A stretch of 64,000 nucleotides of DNA from an uncultured Planctomycetales bacterium (GCA_964545575.1 CAZJFL010000001.1:5742-69741); one strand, 5' to 3'; numbered from the stretch's first letter, positions 39,082-49,735 are shown. Numbers and translations: made by a program. The notes: generated by a model from the letters alone, not told the origin.

Positions 39082-40514
39082 AATTTTCTGCGCCAGATTG
39101 TTTTGCCGTCTTTAGTATCTTCTAAAATAATTCCTTTTTCTTCCAACGCTTTCCTTATCGCATCTGCTTCTTTAAACTTGCTACTTTTTTTCATCTCCAG
39201 GCGCGTCTCAATCTGTGAATCTACCCAACCATCGGAAATCTTCTGAGGTATGTATTGGAAAGATAATCCTAAGACTTTCCCCAACTCATAAATTGTTTCT
39301 ACGGCATAACTCAATATAAGCCTATCTGATTCTTTGTATTGATCGATTATTTTATGGCAGAAATTTACCAAATCGAATAATATACTGATTGCCTGCGGGG
39401 TATTAAAATTATCATCCATTACTTTTTCAAACTCTAACTTAAATTTCTGAATATCATGCTGTTCAGAATCGCTACCTCCCCCCATAAGCCTCCGACTGCC
39501 AAACTTTTCATCCAGCCTGTTAAATAAAACAGCAAACCTATCATAAGCATTATTATTTTGCTCCATTTTCTCCCAACTAAAATCTATCGGTGAAGCATAA
39601 TGCGCGGATAAAAAGAAAAGCTTAAGGATATCGGGATTGTATTTGTGCAAAATATCTTTTATAGTAATAAAATTCCCCATCGACTTGGCCATTTTTTGGC
39701 CGTTAATGGTGAGCAGGCCGTGGTGTATCCAGAAATGAGCAAATTTTTTCCCTGCGCCCTCAGACTGCGCAATTTCATTTTCATGATGAGGAAAAATGAG
39801 GTCTAAACCCCCGCCGTGAATATCAAATTCATCCCCCAGAATATCCGAACTCATCACTGAGCATTCTATATGCCAGCCGGGCCTTCCCTTTCCCCACGGG
39901 CTGTCCCAGGACGGCTCATTTTCCTTGGCGGATTTCCAAAGGGCAAAATCCAGAGGATCCCTTTTATTCTCCGTAGGAGAGACTCTTGAGCCCGCCTCCA
40001 TTCTATCCAGCGCCTGATTTGATAATTTGCCGTAATTTTTTGCCTTAGTAATATCAAAATAAACATCCCCTCCCGAAGAATAGGCTACGCCTCTCTTGAT
40101 AAGGTCCTGAATGAAAACTACCATTTTGGGAATATAGTCACTGGCCTTGGGCTCAAGGATCACTTCTCTGCCAATATCAATACCTAGTTCTTTTAGGGCC
40201 TCGTGATAAGACTTAAGGTATTTATCGGCGACGCCTTGGCAAGCCTTCTTTAAGTCTTCGCCGGGGAATTCTTTTGCAGCCTTATCGATAATTTTATCAT
40301 CGACGTCGGTTACATTTCTTGCGAATCTGACCTTGTAACCTTTATATATTAAATAGCGCCTTATAACATCGAATATATAGGCGCTGCGGGCATGGCCTAT
40401 ATGCGGCTCATCGTAAACCGTGGGGCCGCAAACGTACATTTTTACTTCTTTGGTATCTAGCGGCTCGAAGGGATCTTTCTTTCTGGTGAGGGAGTTATAT
40501 ATAAAAATGGGCAT
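39078..40514 (-). CDS. cysS: Cysteine--tRNA ligase
   Basis: CGPTVY..PHIGH, PGWHIECS, FPHHENE, KMAKS. Confidence 0.97.
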   Translation of the reverse strand: MPIFIYNSLTRKKDPFEPLDTKEVKMYVCGPTVYDEPHIGHARSAYIFDVIRRYLIYKGYKVRFARNVTDVDDKIIDKAAKEFPGEDLKKACQGVADKYLKSYHEALKELGIDIGREVILEPKASDYIPKMVVFIQDLIKRGVAYSSGGDVYFDITKAKNYGKLSNQALDRMEAGSRVSPTENKRDPLDFALWKSAKENEPSWDSPWGKGRPGWHIECSVMSSDILGDEFDIHGGGLDLIFPHHENEIAQSEGAGKKFAHFWIHHGLLTINGQKMAKSMGNFITIKDILHKYNPDILKLFFLSAHYASPIDFSWEKMEQNNNAYDRFAVLFNRLDEKFGSRRLMGGGSDSEQHDIQKFKLEFEKVMDDNFNTPQAISILFDLVNFCHKIIDQYKESDRLILSYAVETIYELGKVLGLSFQYIPQKISDGWVDSQIETRLEMKKSSKFKEADAIRKALEEKGIILEDTKDGKTIWRRKL

Positions 40515-40521
40515 GGATAGG

Positions 40522-41202
40522 CTATTTCTTTTCCAGCTTTTCTATCCTCTTCTCCAGCTCCTCGATATTCTGCAAAATCGGGTCGAGTGTATGGATATGG
40601 TCTAAGCTGATATCTATTTTTTTGCCTTCCTGCTTGGTAATCCTTCCCGGCACGCCGACGACGGTGGAATTAGCGGGAACATCCTTGATCACCACGGCGT
40701 TTGCTCCGATATAAGAATTGTCCCCTATGGTAATATTACCGAGGATCTTCGCTCCTGCTCCGATAACTACATTATTGCCGATAGTAGGGTGGCGCTTGCC
40801 TTTTTCTACTCCCGTACCCCCGAGCGTAACTCCCTGATAAATAAGGACATCATCCCCAATAACCGCGGTCTCACCGATCACTACGCTCATCCCGTGGTCT
40901 ATAAAAAACCTTTTTCCGATTCTAGCTCCCGGGTGTATTTCTATACCGGTCATAAATCTTGAAAATTGGCTCATCCCGCGGGCCAGAAAAGAAAAACCTA
41001 TTTTATAGAAAAAATGCGCGATGCGCTGATTGATGATAGCATGCAGGCCCTGATAAAGCAGGATTATCTCCAGCAAGCCTTTTGCTGCCGGGTCTCTATG
41101 CCTTATCGTCCTTATTTCTTGATTGAAAAAGGCAATGATCAGGATAACCTTTAAAGCAAATATAGTTAAAAGGATTGCAAGTATTCCTAATAATATATCC
41201 AT
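40522..41202 (-). CDS. cysE: Serine O-acetyltransferase with a hydrophobic N-terminal extension
   Basis: [28 protein letters not shown]...KRHPT. Confidence 0.93.
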   Translation of the reverse strand: MDILLGILAILLTIFALKVILIIAFFNQEIRTIRHRDPAAKGLLEIILLYQGLHAIINQRIAHFFYKIGFSFLARGMSQFSRFMTGIEIHPGARIGKRFFIDHGMSVVIGETAVIGDDVLIYQGVTLGGTGVEKGKRHPTIGNNVVIGAGAKILGNITIGDNSYIGANAVVIKDVPANSTVVGVPGRITKQEGKKIDISLDHIHTLDPILQNIEELEKRIEKLEKK

Positions 41203-41252
41203 TTAAGCCTCCTAGATATGTATGCTTCCTTTATCAACTACGTTAAAACTAT

Positions 41253-41366
41253 AAACCCTAAACACTAAATCCTAAACAAATCCAAAATTCAAAACCCAAA
41301 ATATTTTTTATTTTGAATTTTGGGTTTTGAGTTTGTTTAGAGTTTAGAATTTCGGATTTAGGATTT
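41253..41366. repeat. Long inverted pair of ~7-mer arrays (CTAAAT/C-type) between ispF and cysE
   Basis: AAACCCTAAACACTAAATCCTAAACAAATCCAAAATTCAAAACCCAAAAT versus TTTTGAATTTTGGGTTTTGAGTTTGTTTAGAGTTTAGAATTTCGGATTTAGGATTT. Confidence 0.85.
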
Positions 41367-41376
41367 AAGTTCATTT

Positions 41377-41856
41377 TTAATTTGTAATTACCGCTACTGC
41401 GTAACAGGCAATGGCTTCTTTTTGTCCAATCAAGCCCAATCCCTCATTAGTCTTGGCTTTTATGCTGACAGAATCCTCTTTTATCTTGAGGGTCTCGGCA
41501 ATTTTTGCGCGGATCTGTTTTTTAAACGGAGAGAGCCGCGGTTCCTCTGCGATGAGCACAGCATCTATGTTGCCTATCGCAAAGCTTTTCTTTTTAACCA
41601 AGATATCCACCTGCTTTAATAATTCAACGCTGGAAACATTATAATATTTAGGGTCGCTATCGGGGAAAAGTTCGCCTATATCGTCCAGGCCTACCGCGCC
41701 CAAAAGCGCGTCGCAGACGGCATGTATGAGCACGTCTGCGTCAGAATGCCCTAATAGGCCCTTAATATAAGGGATCTCTACCCCGCCGATGAACAATTTA
41801 CGCCCCTCGGCGAGACGGTGGATATCATACCCTATGCCTATCCTATAATTCATCAT
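41377..41856 (-). CDS. ispF: 2-C-methyl-D-erythritol 2,4-cyclodiphosphate synthase
   Basis: RIGIGYDIH, GHSDADV, DIGELFP, KAKTNE. Confidence 0.97.
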   Translation of the reverse strand: MMNYRIGIGYDIHRLAEGRKLFIGGVEIPYIKGLLGHSDADVLIHAVCDALLGAVGLDDIGELFPDSDPKYYNVSSVELLKQVDILVKKKSFAIGNIDAVLIAEEPRLSPFKKQIRAKIAETLKIKEDSVSIKAKTNEGLGLIGQKEAIACYAVAVITN

Positions 41857-42545
41857 TTTTTATTTCTTACTATCGCCCGGGCAATAATCAGATCCTCCGG
41901 CGTAGTTATCTTGATATTAGTATATGCGCCCATCGCCACAGTTACCCCCGCGCCCAACTTTTCTACTAGCGAGGCATCGTCGGTAACTTTGGCGCCGCCG
42001 AAACGCTGGTATGCCTCCAAAATCAAATCCTTCCGGAATACCTGCGGCGTCTGTATCTGCCAAAGGTTCTTTCTTTCCAGTGTCCTTGACACTTTGACAC
42101 TTTGACACTTTGACACCCTTAGCTCTTTGATAGTATCCTTAACCGGTACCCCCGCAACAGCCGCACCGGATTTCCTTGCTTCTCTTACCACCTTTGTAAT
42201 CATGTTGCTATCGATAAAGGGCCTGGCGGCGTCGTGGATCAGGACAAAATCCGTCTCTCTGCCTATTGCGCCTAAACCCTTTCTTACCGAATCCTGCCTT
42301 AATTTTCCGCCAAAAACTATTCTTTTGACTTTTTTTATGCGGTAGCTGATAATACTTTTCTTTACGCTTTTTGAATTCCGGGGATTAACTACTACAATAA
42401 TATCTTTGACAAAACGATTAAGGCTTAGCGCTTTAAGAGAATGAACAATCAGAGGTAAAGTTTCTAACTTCACCAGCGGTTTGGGGATTCTTGATTGCAG
42501 CCTTCTGCCCTTGCCTGCTGCAAGAAGTATTGCTGTTAAATACAT
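41853..42545 (-). CDS. ispD: 2-C-methyl-D-erythritol 4-phosphate cytidylyltransferase
   Basis: LAAGKG.R, RQDSV, IHDAARP, QTPQ, TDD, NIKITTPEDL. Confidence 0.96.
   Translation of the reverse strand: MYLTAILLAAGKGRRLQSRIPKPLVKLETLPLIVHSLKALSLNRFVKDIIVVVNPRNSKSVKKSIISYRIKKVKRIVFGGKLRQDSVRKGLGAIGRETDFVLIHDAARPFIDSNMITKVVREARKSGAAVAGVPVKDTIKELRVSKCQSVKVSRTLERKNLWQIQTPQVFRKDLILEAYQRFGGAKVTDDASLVEKLGAGVTVAMGAYTNIKITTPEDLIIARAIVRNKK
42085..42116. repeat. Tandem 8-mer (TTTGACAC)x4 inside ispD
   Basis: CTTGACAC then TTTGACAC x3; encodes VSKCQSVKVSR. Confidence 0.95.
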
Positions 42546-43525
42546 TATTTCTCTATTTTTGTAAAGATCATCCTGCCTGCCTGCGTCTGCAAGACGGAAG
42601 TCACGGTTACTTTTACCTCCTGGCCGATCAGCCTGCGCGCATCTTCTACCACCACCATCGTGCCGTCATCAAGATAACCCACTGCCTGATTATATTCCTT
42701 ACCCTCCTTGATTAATTTAAGCTGCATGCGCTCGCCCGGAAAAACCACCGGCTTTAGGGCATTAGCCAATTCATTAATATTGAGCACCTTGATCCCCTGG
42801 ATGCTGGCCACGCGGTTTAAGTTAAAATCAACCGTCATTATTTTTGCCTCTAATAACTTGGCGAGTTTTACCAATTTTGCGTCTACCTCACGCACCTCCG
42901 GGAAATCTTCCTCGTGGATCGTTATAGCTAATCCTACTTCTTTCTGCAACGTCTGCAGTATCTCTAAACCCCTCCTGCCCCGCTGGCGTTTCATCGGGTC
43001 GGTGGAGTCGGCTATCTGCTGTAATTCTTTCAAAACAAAGCGGGGAATGATTATTTTGTTCTCCAGGAATTTAGTCTTGCATATATCCACTATCCTGCCG
43101 TCGATGATGACGCTGGTATCCAGGAGCGTCACCTCCTCTACCTGGTCCTGCCGGCGCAGCTTCACGTAAGGAATGATGATATTAAACTCATCCTTGCCGC
43201 GCAGGCCGATAACCATGCCCAGATAGCAGAAGATCAAAGTCAGGGTGACCCTGACAAAAGAGAGGCTTTCGCCGGAAATAGGAGCGAGGCTAAAGGCATC
43301 GGTCACTAGTTTTGCCATAATTAAACCTAAGATCAGGCCGAAAACGGAACTGGAAAGCCCCCGCATCGATACCTTACGCATGCCTATTTCAAGCAATATA
43401 ACCACTCCGCTTAATAAAATGCCGATTAATGCCCCTAATATACCCGAACCATGGATTGATAACGCCTGATAGCCGATGATGCTGCCGCCGATAAGAAAAA
43501 GAATACGTGCGGATAATAAATTCAT
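42545..43525 (-). CDS. yacL: PIN/TRAM domain membrane protein (YacL)
   Basis: [38 protein letters not shown]. Confidence 0.92.
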   Translation of the reverse strand: MNLLSARILFLIGGSIIGYQALSIHGSGILGALIGILLSGVVILLEIGMRKVSMRGLSSSVFGLILGLIMAKLVTDAFSLAPISGESLSFVRVTLTLIFCYLGMVIGLRGKDEFNIIIPYVKLRRQDQVEEVTLLDTSVIIDGRIVDICKTKFLENKIIIPRFVLKELQQIADSTDPMKRQRGRRGLEILQTLQKEVGLAITIHEEDFPEVREVDAKLVKLAKLLEAKIMTVDFNLNRVASIQGIKVLNINELANALKPVVFPGERMQLKLIKEGKEYNQAVGYLDDGTMVVVEDARRLIGQEVKVTVTSVLQTQAGRMIFTKIEK

Positions 43526-43549
43526 ATAATTACCTCCTTTTTAACGCTA

Positions 43550-43597
43550 AATCACAAAATTTTGCGCTTTTGTGATTAATTTTGCGCTTTTGCGAGT
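43550..43597. repeat. 28-bp hairpin plus a partial second copy at the radA 3' end
   Basis: AATCACAAAA-TTTTGCGC-TTTTGTGATT; AATTTTGCGCTTTTG occurs at 43558 and 43578. Confidence 0.8.
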
Positions 43598-44958
43598 ATG
43601 ATATCCAGGGCTTCCTTTAGCGTGGAAACCGGTATTAACTCTATGGCGCTCTTCTTATGCTCCAGATTCTTACAATTATTCCGTGGTAATATACAGTGTT
43701 TAAACCCGAGCTTCTCCGCTTCATTGACGCGCAGGAGCACCTGCGATATACTCCTGATTTCTCCGGACAAACCCACCTCCCCCAAAATCACGCTATCCGC
43801 CAGTATCAGCTGCTCACGGAAAGCAGACGCGATAGCGCTCACCACCGCTAGATCCGCCGCCGGGTCTACCACCTTTATTCCGCCGGCCACATTCACAAAG
43901 ATATCTTCTGCCTCCAGATGCAGCCCTATCCTTTTTTCCAGTACCGCCACCAACAGGCCCATTCTGTTGTAATCAAAGCCCTGCGCCCTTCTAATAGCGT
44001 AACCGAAATTGGATTTACTCACCAGCGCCTGTATTTCGACCAATAAAGGGCGGGAGCCTTCAAGTATAGAGGAAACTACAGAGCCGGAGACATCGCGAGG
44101 CCGCTCGGATAAAAATATCTCCGAAGGATTTTTTACTTCCGAGAGCCCGGCGGTATCCATCTGGAAGACGCCGATTTCATTGGTCGAGCCAAACCTGTTC
44201 TTCACTGCCCGCAATATCCGGTAGAGAGAAAATCTGTCCCCCTCAAAATAAAGCACCGTATCCACGATATGCTCCAGCACCCGCGGTCCGGCAATAGCGC
44301 CTTCTTTGGTGACGTGGCCGAGAATAAAAACCGTAATCCCGGAACTCTTGGCTAGTTGAGTAAGGATACCCGCGCATTCCCTGACCTGGCTGACGCTGCC
44401 CGGCGAAGAGCTGATCGTCGGCTCGAAAATCACCTGGATTGAGTCGATAATCACTGCGTCCGGCTTTATCTTCTTTATGTATTCGATGATTAAAGATAAA
44501 TCCGTCTGGTTTACGATATATAAATTACTCTCTTCCTTGCCTGCCCCCAAACGCGTAGCCCTTAATTTGGTCTGAGAAACGGATTCCTCGCCGCTGACAT
44601 AGAGGACAGTCGAGCCTTTTTTAGTCAATTGGTTGGAAACCTGTAAGGAGATGGTGGATTTTCCTATGCCCGGGTCTCCGCCGATAAGTATCACCGAGCC
44701 CCTGACTATGCCGCCGCCTAAAACCCTGTCCAGCTCCAGTATCCCTGTCTTTAGCCTCTCCTCGCCTTTTATCTCTACGTCTCTTAATAATACCGGCTCA
44801 TCTTTATACGCAGAGACTCTCTCTTTCGCCTTTTCCATAGGCGAAGCATAGTCTTCCTCGGCAAAAGAGTTCCAGTTGTTACAGTCCGGGCACCTGCCCA
44901 GCCATTTGGGCGACTGATAGCCGCAGTTCTGACAACTGAATACTGTTTTGGTCTTCAT
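43576..44958 (-). CDS. radA: DNA repair protein RadA/Sms
   Basis: C4 zinc finger, GDPGIGKST, KNRFG, Lon-like C-terminus. Confidence 0.97.
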   Translation of the reverse strand: MKTKTVFSCQNCGYQSPKWLGRCPDCNNWNSFAEEDYASPMEKAKERVSAYKDEPVLLRDVEIKGEERLKTGILELDRVLGGGIVRGSVILIGGDPGIGKSTISLQVSNQLTKKGSTVLYVSGEESVSQTKLRATRLGAGKEESNLYIVNQTDLSLIIEYIKKIKPDAVIIDSIQVIFEPTISSSPGSVSQVRECAGILTQLAKSSGITVFILGHVTKEGAIAGPRVLEHIVDTVLYFEGDRFSLYRILRAVKNRFGSTNEIGVFQMDTAGLSEVKNPSEIFLSERPRDVSGSVVSSILEGSRPLLVEIQALVSKSNFGYAIRRAQGFDYNRMGLLVAVLEKRIGLHLEAEDIFVNVAGGIKVVDPAADLAVVSAIASAFREQLILADSVILGEVGLSGEIRSISQVLLRVNEAEKLGFKHCILPRNNCKNLEHKKSAIELIPVSTLKEALDIILAKAQN

Positions 44959-44965
44959 AATAGCT

Positions 44966-45066
44966 GTATCAAGGTATCAGGTGTCAAAGTGTCAAAGTTA
45001 CCAAGTTTTTTGACACCCTGGCACTCTAACACTTTTGACACTCTGATACTTTGATACTATGATACT
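44966..45066. repeat. Inverted pair of 8-mer arrays (GTRTCAAR / YTGAYAC) filling the mlaD-radA spacer
   Basis: GTATCAAG GTATCAG GTGTCAAA GTGTCAAA ... TTTGACAC ... TTTGACAC TCTGATAC TTTGATAC TATGATAC. Confidence 0.9.
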
Positions 45067-45069
45067 ATT

Positions 45070-45684
45070 CTATTGCTTCTCTTTAGTTTTCCAGAACAAC
45101 TTCCAGGGGTGCTTTCTGATATCTTTGACCAGGGCGTCCAGATCGTTATATATTGCGTCATCGCCGATTAATTTTCCGATGGTCCCTTCATTATTTTTAA
45201 TTTTCAGGATCACCTCGTCAGCGTCCTTGACGATTTTATTGGCGAGGTCCGTTACCTCCTGCATGGAAATGGGGTCCTTGCCCGTCAATTCCTGGCCTTC
45301 CAGCAAAATATTATTAAAATCTTTACCGGGAATGATCTCGATATATTTTTCTCCGAGGAGCCCCAGGGTATTAACCCAGATAATGGAATCAACCGGAACC
45401 TTAGTATCCTTCTTCACCCAGCAGCCTACCTTTACCCTGATTTTACCCCCTGCGTCGGGAAAGATAAACTTTATGGCCTTGACTTCGCCTACGTCAACCC
45501 CGGCGTATCTGACCGGAGCCCCTAATTTTACCCCGTTTACAAAATGGAAGATGAAATTAACATTATAACCCAGAGTCCAGGTCTTAAAGCCGCCTATAGA
45601 GAGGACAAAAACGGCTAAAATCACCAAACCTATGAAGACAAAAACCCCCACCTTTAACTCTAGCCTGGTCTTGCCGAATATCAT
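45070..45684 (-). CDS. mlaD: MCE/MlaD family protein
   Basis: N-terminal TM; GAPVRYAGVDVGEV; GLLGEKYIEIIPG. Confidence 0.9.
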   Translation of the reverse strand: MIFGKTRLELKVGVFVFIGLVILAVFVLSIGGFKTWTLGYNVNFIFHFVNGVKLGAPVRYAGVDVGEVKAIKFIFPDAGGKIRVKVGCWVKKDTKVPVDSIIWVNTLGLLGEKYIEIIPGKDFNNILLEGQELTGKDPISMQEVTDLANKIVKDADEVILKIKNNEGTIGKLIGDDAIYNDLDALVKDIRKHPWKLFWKTKEKQ

Positions 45685-45699
45685 CTTACGACCTCCGTT

Positions 45700-46470
45700 T
45701 TATTGTATTTTAAATTGGTCGATAGTCTCTGTAATCGGGCCCTTTGCCAATCCGTTTATAAATTGGTACACTACCGGATGGCCCGTATTCTGTATTTCTT
45801 CCGGAGTACCTTGCGCGATAATTTTGCCCTGATAAAGCATGGCAATCCTGTCCGCCACCTTATAGGCGCTCTTCATGTCGTGGGTCACCACAATAGAGGT
45901 GACTTTCAATTTATCATGGAGGCTGCGGATAAGCTCATTAATACCATCTGCGGTAATCGGGTCTACGCCGGTGGTCGGCTCATCGTAAAGGATAATTTCC
46001 GGCTTGGTGCAGATTGCCCGCGCTAAGGCCACGCGCTTCTTCATTCCGCCGCTTAATTCCGCAGGCATAAGATTGGCTACCCCGCATAAGTCAACCATGC
46101 ATAAAGACTCTTCTATCCTCTCTAAGAGCTCTTTGCCGAACATGCGCTGATGCTCTATCAAGTTAAACCCCACATTTTCCCCCACCGTCAGGGAATCAAA
46201 GAGCGCCCCGCCCTGAAAAACCATACTCATACGCATCCGCAGGGCATTCAGCTCTTTTTCCCTTAAAGCAAAGATATCCTGGCCAAAGACAGAAACTTTT
46301 CCCGACTCCGGCCGCATAATACCTTCGATATGTTTTAAAGTGACGCTTTTACCGCAACCGGAACGGCCGATGATCACCAGGGTTACGCCTTCCTCTATAT
46401 CAAGGTTAAGGTTATCCAGGACCTTGTGCTCGCTGAAATATTTTGTAATTCCCGCCAGTTTAATGATCAT
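45700..46470 (-). CDS. mlaF: MlaF-type ABC ATPase
   Basis: GRSGCGKS, FQGGALFDSL, LSGGMKKRV, YDEPTTG. Confidence 0.92.
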   Translation of the reverse strand: MIIKLAGITKYFSEHKVLDNLNLDIEEGVTLVIIGRSGCGKSVTLKHIEGIMRPESGKVSVFGQDIFALREKELNALRMRMSMVFQGGALFDSLTVGENVGFNLIEHQRMFGKELLERIEESLCMVDLCGVANLMPAELSGGMKKRVALARAICTKPEIILYDEPTTGVDPITADGINELIRSLHDKLKVTSIVVTHDMKSAYKVADRIAMLYQGKIIAQGTPEEIQNTGHPVVYQFINGLAKGPITETIDQFKIQ

Positions 46471-47259
46471 TTACGGAAAAATAAAATAAAAGACCGCGGT
46501 AAAGAAACAGTCGGCAATAATGATCATAATAAAGGTAGTCACTACCGAACGCATGGTTGCCTGACCCACGCCTTCTGCGCCGCCCTCCACGTTAAAACCT
46601 TCATAGCAGCTGACAAAGGCAATGATCATGCCGAAAAATATGGTCTTAAAAAGCCCGGTGAATAAGTCTTTGTACAAAAGCGCATCAAAAGTAACGTTCA
46701 TATATAAGCTTGAAGAAATACCCAGTTTAAATACGCAAATCAGGTAGCTTCCGAAAATACCGATAGCATCGGCATACAAAGTCAATAACGGTAAAACCAC
46801 GATTAAGGCCAGCAGGCGGGGAACAACCAGGTATTTGAGCGGGTTTGTCGCCAGGGTTTCTAAAGCGTCTATCTGTTCGGTGACCTGCATCGAACCGAGT
46901 TCCGCGGTAATGGCTGCCCCCACGCGCCCCGCTACTACCAGCGCGGTGATTACCGGGCCCAATTCTCTGGTTACGGACAAAGCTACGAGGCTGGCAATAT
47001 AAATCTCAGAGCCGATGCGCTGCATAAAATAGGCGGTCTGCAGGGCAAAAATAAAACCGATGAATAGGGCAACCAGAGAGACTATGGGCAGGCTGTCATA
47101 ACCGGCTTTTTTTATCTGCTCGACCACGCGGTCCTTCTGGAAGGGCGGGATAAAAACTAAATAAAACGATTGTATGGCTAAAGTAAATAACCCGCCTAGA
47201 AAAGAAAAAAAACCCATTGTCCTGCTGCCTAAACCGATAAAAAAGTTATATCTTCTCAT
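46471..47259 (-). CDS. mlaE: MlaE-type ABC permease
   Basis: RELGPV, AGRVGAAITAELGSM.VTEQIDAL, GGAEGVG.AT. Confidence 0.94.
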   Translation of the reverse strand: MRRYNFFIGLGSRTMGFFSFLGGLFTLAIQSFYLVFIPPFQKDRVVEQIKKAGYDSLPIVSLVALFIGFIFALQTAYFMQRIGSEIYIASLVALSVTRELGPVITALVVAGRVGAAITAELGSMQVTEQIDALETLATNPLKYLVVPRLLALIVVLPLLTLYADAIGIFGSYLICVFKLGISSSLYMNVTFDALLYKDLFTGLFKTIFFGMIIAFVSCYEGFNVEGGAEGVGQATMRSVVTTFIMIIIADCFFTAVFYFIFP

Positions 47260-49667
47260 TCAAAAATCAGCTCCTCGTTTTTGCACAGCACATTGACCAC
47301 CGAACCTTCCTTATACTTCTTGGAGATTATTTCGGAGGCTAAAGGATCTTCCAGGAACCTCTGGATTGTCCTTTTTAAAGGCCGCGCGCCGAATACCGGG
47401 TCAAAACCCTTTTCGATAAGAAACTCTTTTGCCTCCTGATTCACTGAGAGCGTGATATTCTGCTCTTTTAACCTTTCCACGACCATACCTATCTCGATAT
47501 CGATAATTTTATGCAGGTCTTCTTTCACCAGGGGCCTAAAGACTATCGTATCATCGATACGGTTTAAAAACTCCGGCTTAAAGGTGCGCTTCACTTCCTC
47601 AAGCAGCTTGCTCTTCATTTCTTCGTAAGTGATCTCTTCCTTCTGGCTCTTAAATCCCAGCGAACCGGTCCTGCGGATTAATTCCGCTCCCACATTAGAA
47701 GTCATGATGATGATGGTATTGCGGAAATCCACCTTTCTGCCGAAGCTATCGGTAAGGCGGCCGTCTTCAAATACCTGTAGCAAGAGGTTAAATACATCCG
47801 GATGCGCCTTCTCGATTTCATCCAACAAGATCACCGCGTAAGGCCGGCGCCGCACTTTTTCCGTAAGCTGGCCGCCCTCTTCATACCCTACGTATCCCGG
47901 AGGGGCGCCGATAAGACGCGAGACATTGAACTTTTCCATATATTCAGACATATCCAACTGTAAAAGCGCGTCTTCATCTCCGAACATAAACTCTGCTAAG
48001 GCCCTCGCCAGGAGGCTCTTGCCTACGCCAGTGGGGCCTAAGAAAATAAAGGAACCTATCGGCCGCTTGGGGTCTTTGATGCCGGCGCGGGATCTGCGCA
48101 CCGCATGGGCAATAGTATTAATCGCCTCCTCCTGTCCGACGACGCGTTTATGCAGCTCTTCTTCAATCTTAAGTAATTTTTCGCTCTCTTTTTCTTCTAA
48201 CCTGAAGATCGGTATGCCTGTCCACTGCGCCACGATTTTGGCGATATCCTCTTCGCTAACTTCCGGCCGCATCTTATCTTTGGCAAGCGACCATTCGCGG
48301 TTGAGCTGCTCCAATTCCTGGCGCGCCTGCCGCTCCTGGTCACGCAGGGATGCCGCTTTTTCAAAATCCTGAGATTTAATATAAGATTCTTTTTCTTTTC
48401 TTAAGGATTCTACCTTCCCTTCCAGGGCCTTTATCTCCGGCGGCACAATCAGGACATTGAGCCTGGCGCGGGAACCCGTCTCGTCAATCAGATCAATAGC
48501 CTTATCCGGAAGAAACCTCCCGGTAATATAACGATCAGATAATTTTGCCGCCGCCTCAAGTGCTGCGTCGGTAAAACTGACGCGGTGATGCGCTTCGTAT
48601 TTATCGCGCAGGCCCTTCAATATTTCAATGGTCTGCTCCACCGAAGGAGGCTCGACCATAATGGTCTGGAATCTTCTTTCCAGTGCGGCGTCCTTTTCGA
48701 TATATTTGCGGTATTCATCCATGGTGGTGGCGCCGATACACTGCATCTCGCCGCGCGATAAAGCCGGCTTTAAAATATTGGAGGCGTCGATTGCCCCCTC
48801 GGCAGCCCCCGCGCCTACTAAAGTATGCAATTCATCGATAAAAATAATCACATCCTGCGAACGCTTGATCTCCTCCATTACCGCTTTAATCCTTTCTTCG
48901 AATTGCCCGCGGTATTTTGTCCCGGCAACCATTAATGCCAAATCCAGCACTACCATGCGTTTATTCCTTAAAATCTCCGGGATGTTTCCGGCGACGATTA
49001 ACTGGGCCAGGCCTTCGACTATCGCGGTCTTGCCCACCCCTGCCTCGCCCAGGAGCACCGGATTATTTTTGGTGCGCCGGCTTAATATCTGAATTACGCG
49101 GTCAATCTCGTTTTTGCGGTTAATCACCGGGTCAAGCTTATTTTCGCGAGCGAGGGCGGTCAAATCCCTGCCAAAAGCATCCAGCGCCGGAGTCTTGGTC
49201 TTAGAGGCGGCGGCGCTAACCCCCGGTAACGCGGAGCCTAAAAGCTCCATCACTTCGTTTCTTACGGTATTTAAATCCAGCCCTAAGTTCAATAAAACCT
49301 GAGAAGCCACCCCTTCCCCTTCGCGGATCAGTCCTAAGAGTATATGCTCGGTGCCGATATAATTATGCCCGAGAGAGCGCGCCTCTTCTGCTGCCAATTC
49401 CAGGGCTTTTTTGGCGCGGGGGGTAAAGGGTATGTCGCCGATAATCTGCGTCGTGGGGCCGGGCTGTACCAGTTTTTCAATCTCTAAACGGATATTTTCT
49501 AAAGAGACGTTCAGCTTCTGCAATACTGACGCCGCCACCCCTTCCCCTTCGCGGATCAGCCCTAAGAGTATATGCTCGGTGCCGATATAATCATGGTTAA
49601 AACGGCGCGCTTCTTCTTTAGCTAAGATGATTACTTTTCTTGCCCGTTCGGTGAATCGATTAAACAT
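47256..49667 (-). CDS. clpC: ATP-dependent Clp protease ATPase ClpC
   Basis: Two Clp-N repeats, two AAA+ modules, short UVR middle domain, LGF loop. Confidence 0.96.
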   Translation of the reverse strand: MFNRFTERARKVIILAKEEARRFNHDYIGTEHILLGLIREGEGVAASVLQKLNVSLENIRLEIEKLVQPGPTTQIIGDIPFTPRAKKALELAAEEARSLGHNYIGTEHILLGLIREGEGVASQVLLNLGLDLNTVRNEVMELLGSALPGVSAAASKTKTPALDAFGRDLTALARENKLDPVINRKNEIDRVIQILSRRTKNNPVLLGEAGVGKTAIVEGLAQLIVAGNIPEILRNKRMVVLDLALMVAGTKYRGQFEERIKAVMEEIKRSQDVIIFIDELHTLVGAGAAEGAIDASNILKPALSRGEMQCIGATTMDEYRKYIEKDAALERRFQTIMVEPPSVEQTIEILKGLRDKYEAHHRVSFTDAALEAAAKLSDRYITGRFLPDKAIDLIDETGSRARLNVLIVPPEIKALEGKVESLRKEKESYIKSQDFEKAASLRDQERQARQELEQLNREWSLAKDKMRPEVSEEDIAKIVAQWTGIPIFRLEEKESEKLLKIEEELHKRVVGQEEAINTIAHAVRRSRAGIKDPKRPIGSFIFLGPTGVGKSLLARALAEFMFGDEDALLQLDMSEYMEKFNVSRLIGAPPGYVGYEEGGQLTEKVRRRPYAVILLDEIEKAHPDVFNLLLQVFEDGRLTDSFGRKVDFRNTIIIMTSNVGAELIRRTGSLGFKSQKEEITYEEMKSKLLEEVKRTFKPEFLNRIDDTIVFRPLVKEDLHKIIDIEIGMVVERLKEQNITLSVNQEAKEFLIEKGFDPVFGARPLKRTIQRFLEDPLASEIISKKYKEGSVVNVLCKNEELIFE

Positions 49668-49690
49668 CGTTCCTCCATATACATACGATT

Positions 49691-49735
49691 AGTTTAAGGG
49701 TTAGTAGGGGTTTTACCCTGCTACCCCCTAAAACT
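49691..49735. repeat. Imperfect hairpin in the mcsB-clpC spacer
   Basis: AGTTTAAGGGTTAGTAGGG ... CCCTGCTACCCCCTAAAACT. Confidence 0.6.

Noticed and set aside
42571-42584. CCTGCCTGCCTGCG, resembling the 20-bp palindrome
   Set aside because: Only half the motif, and it encodes the conserved QAGRMIF of YacL.
44966-45066. Possible CRISPR array or promoter array (units contain TTGACA)
   Set aside because: Units are 8 bp with no spacers and no cas genes; no -10 box at a proper distance from the TTGACA copies.
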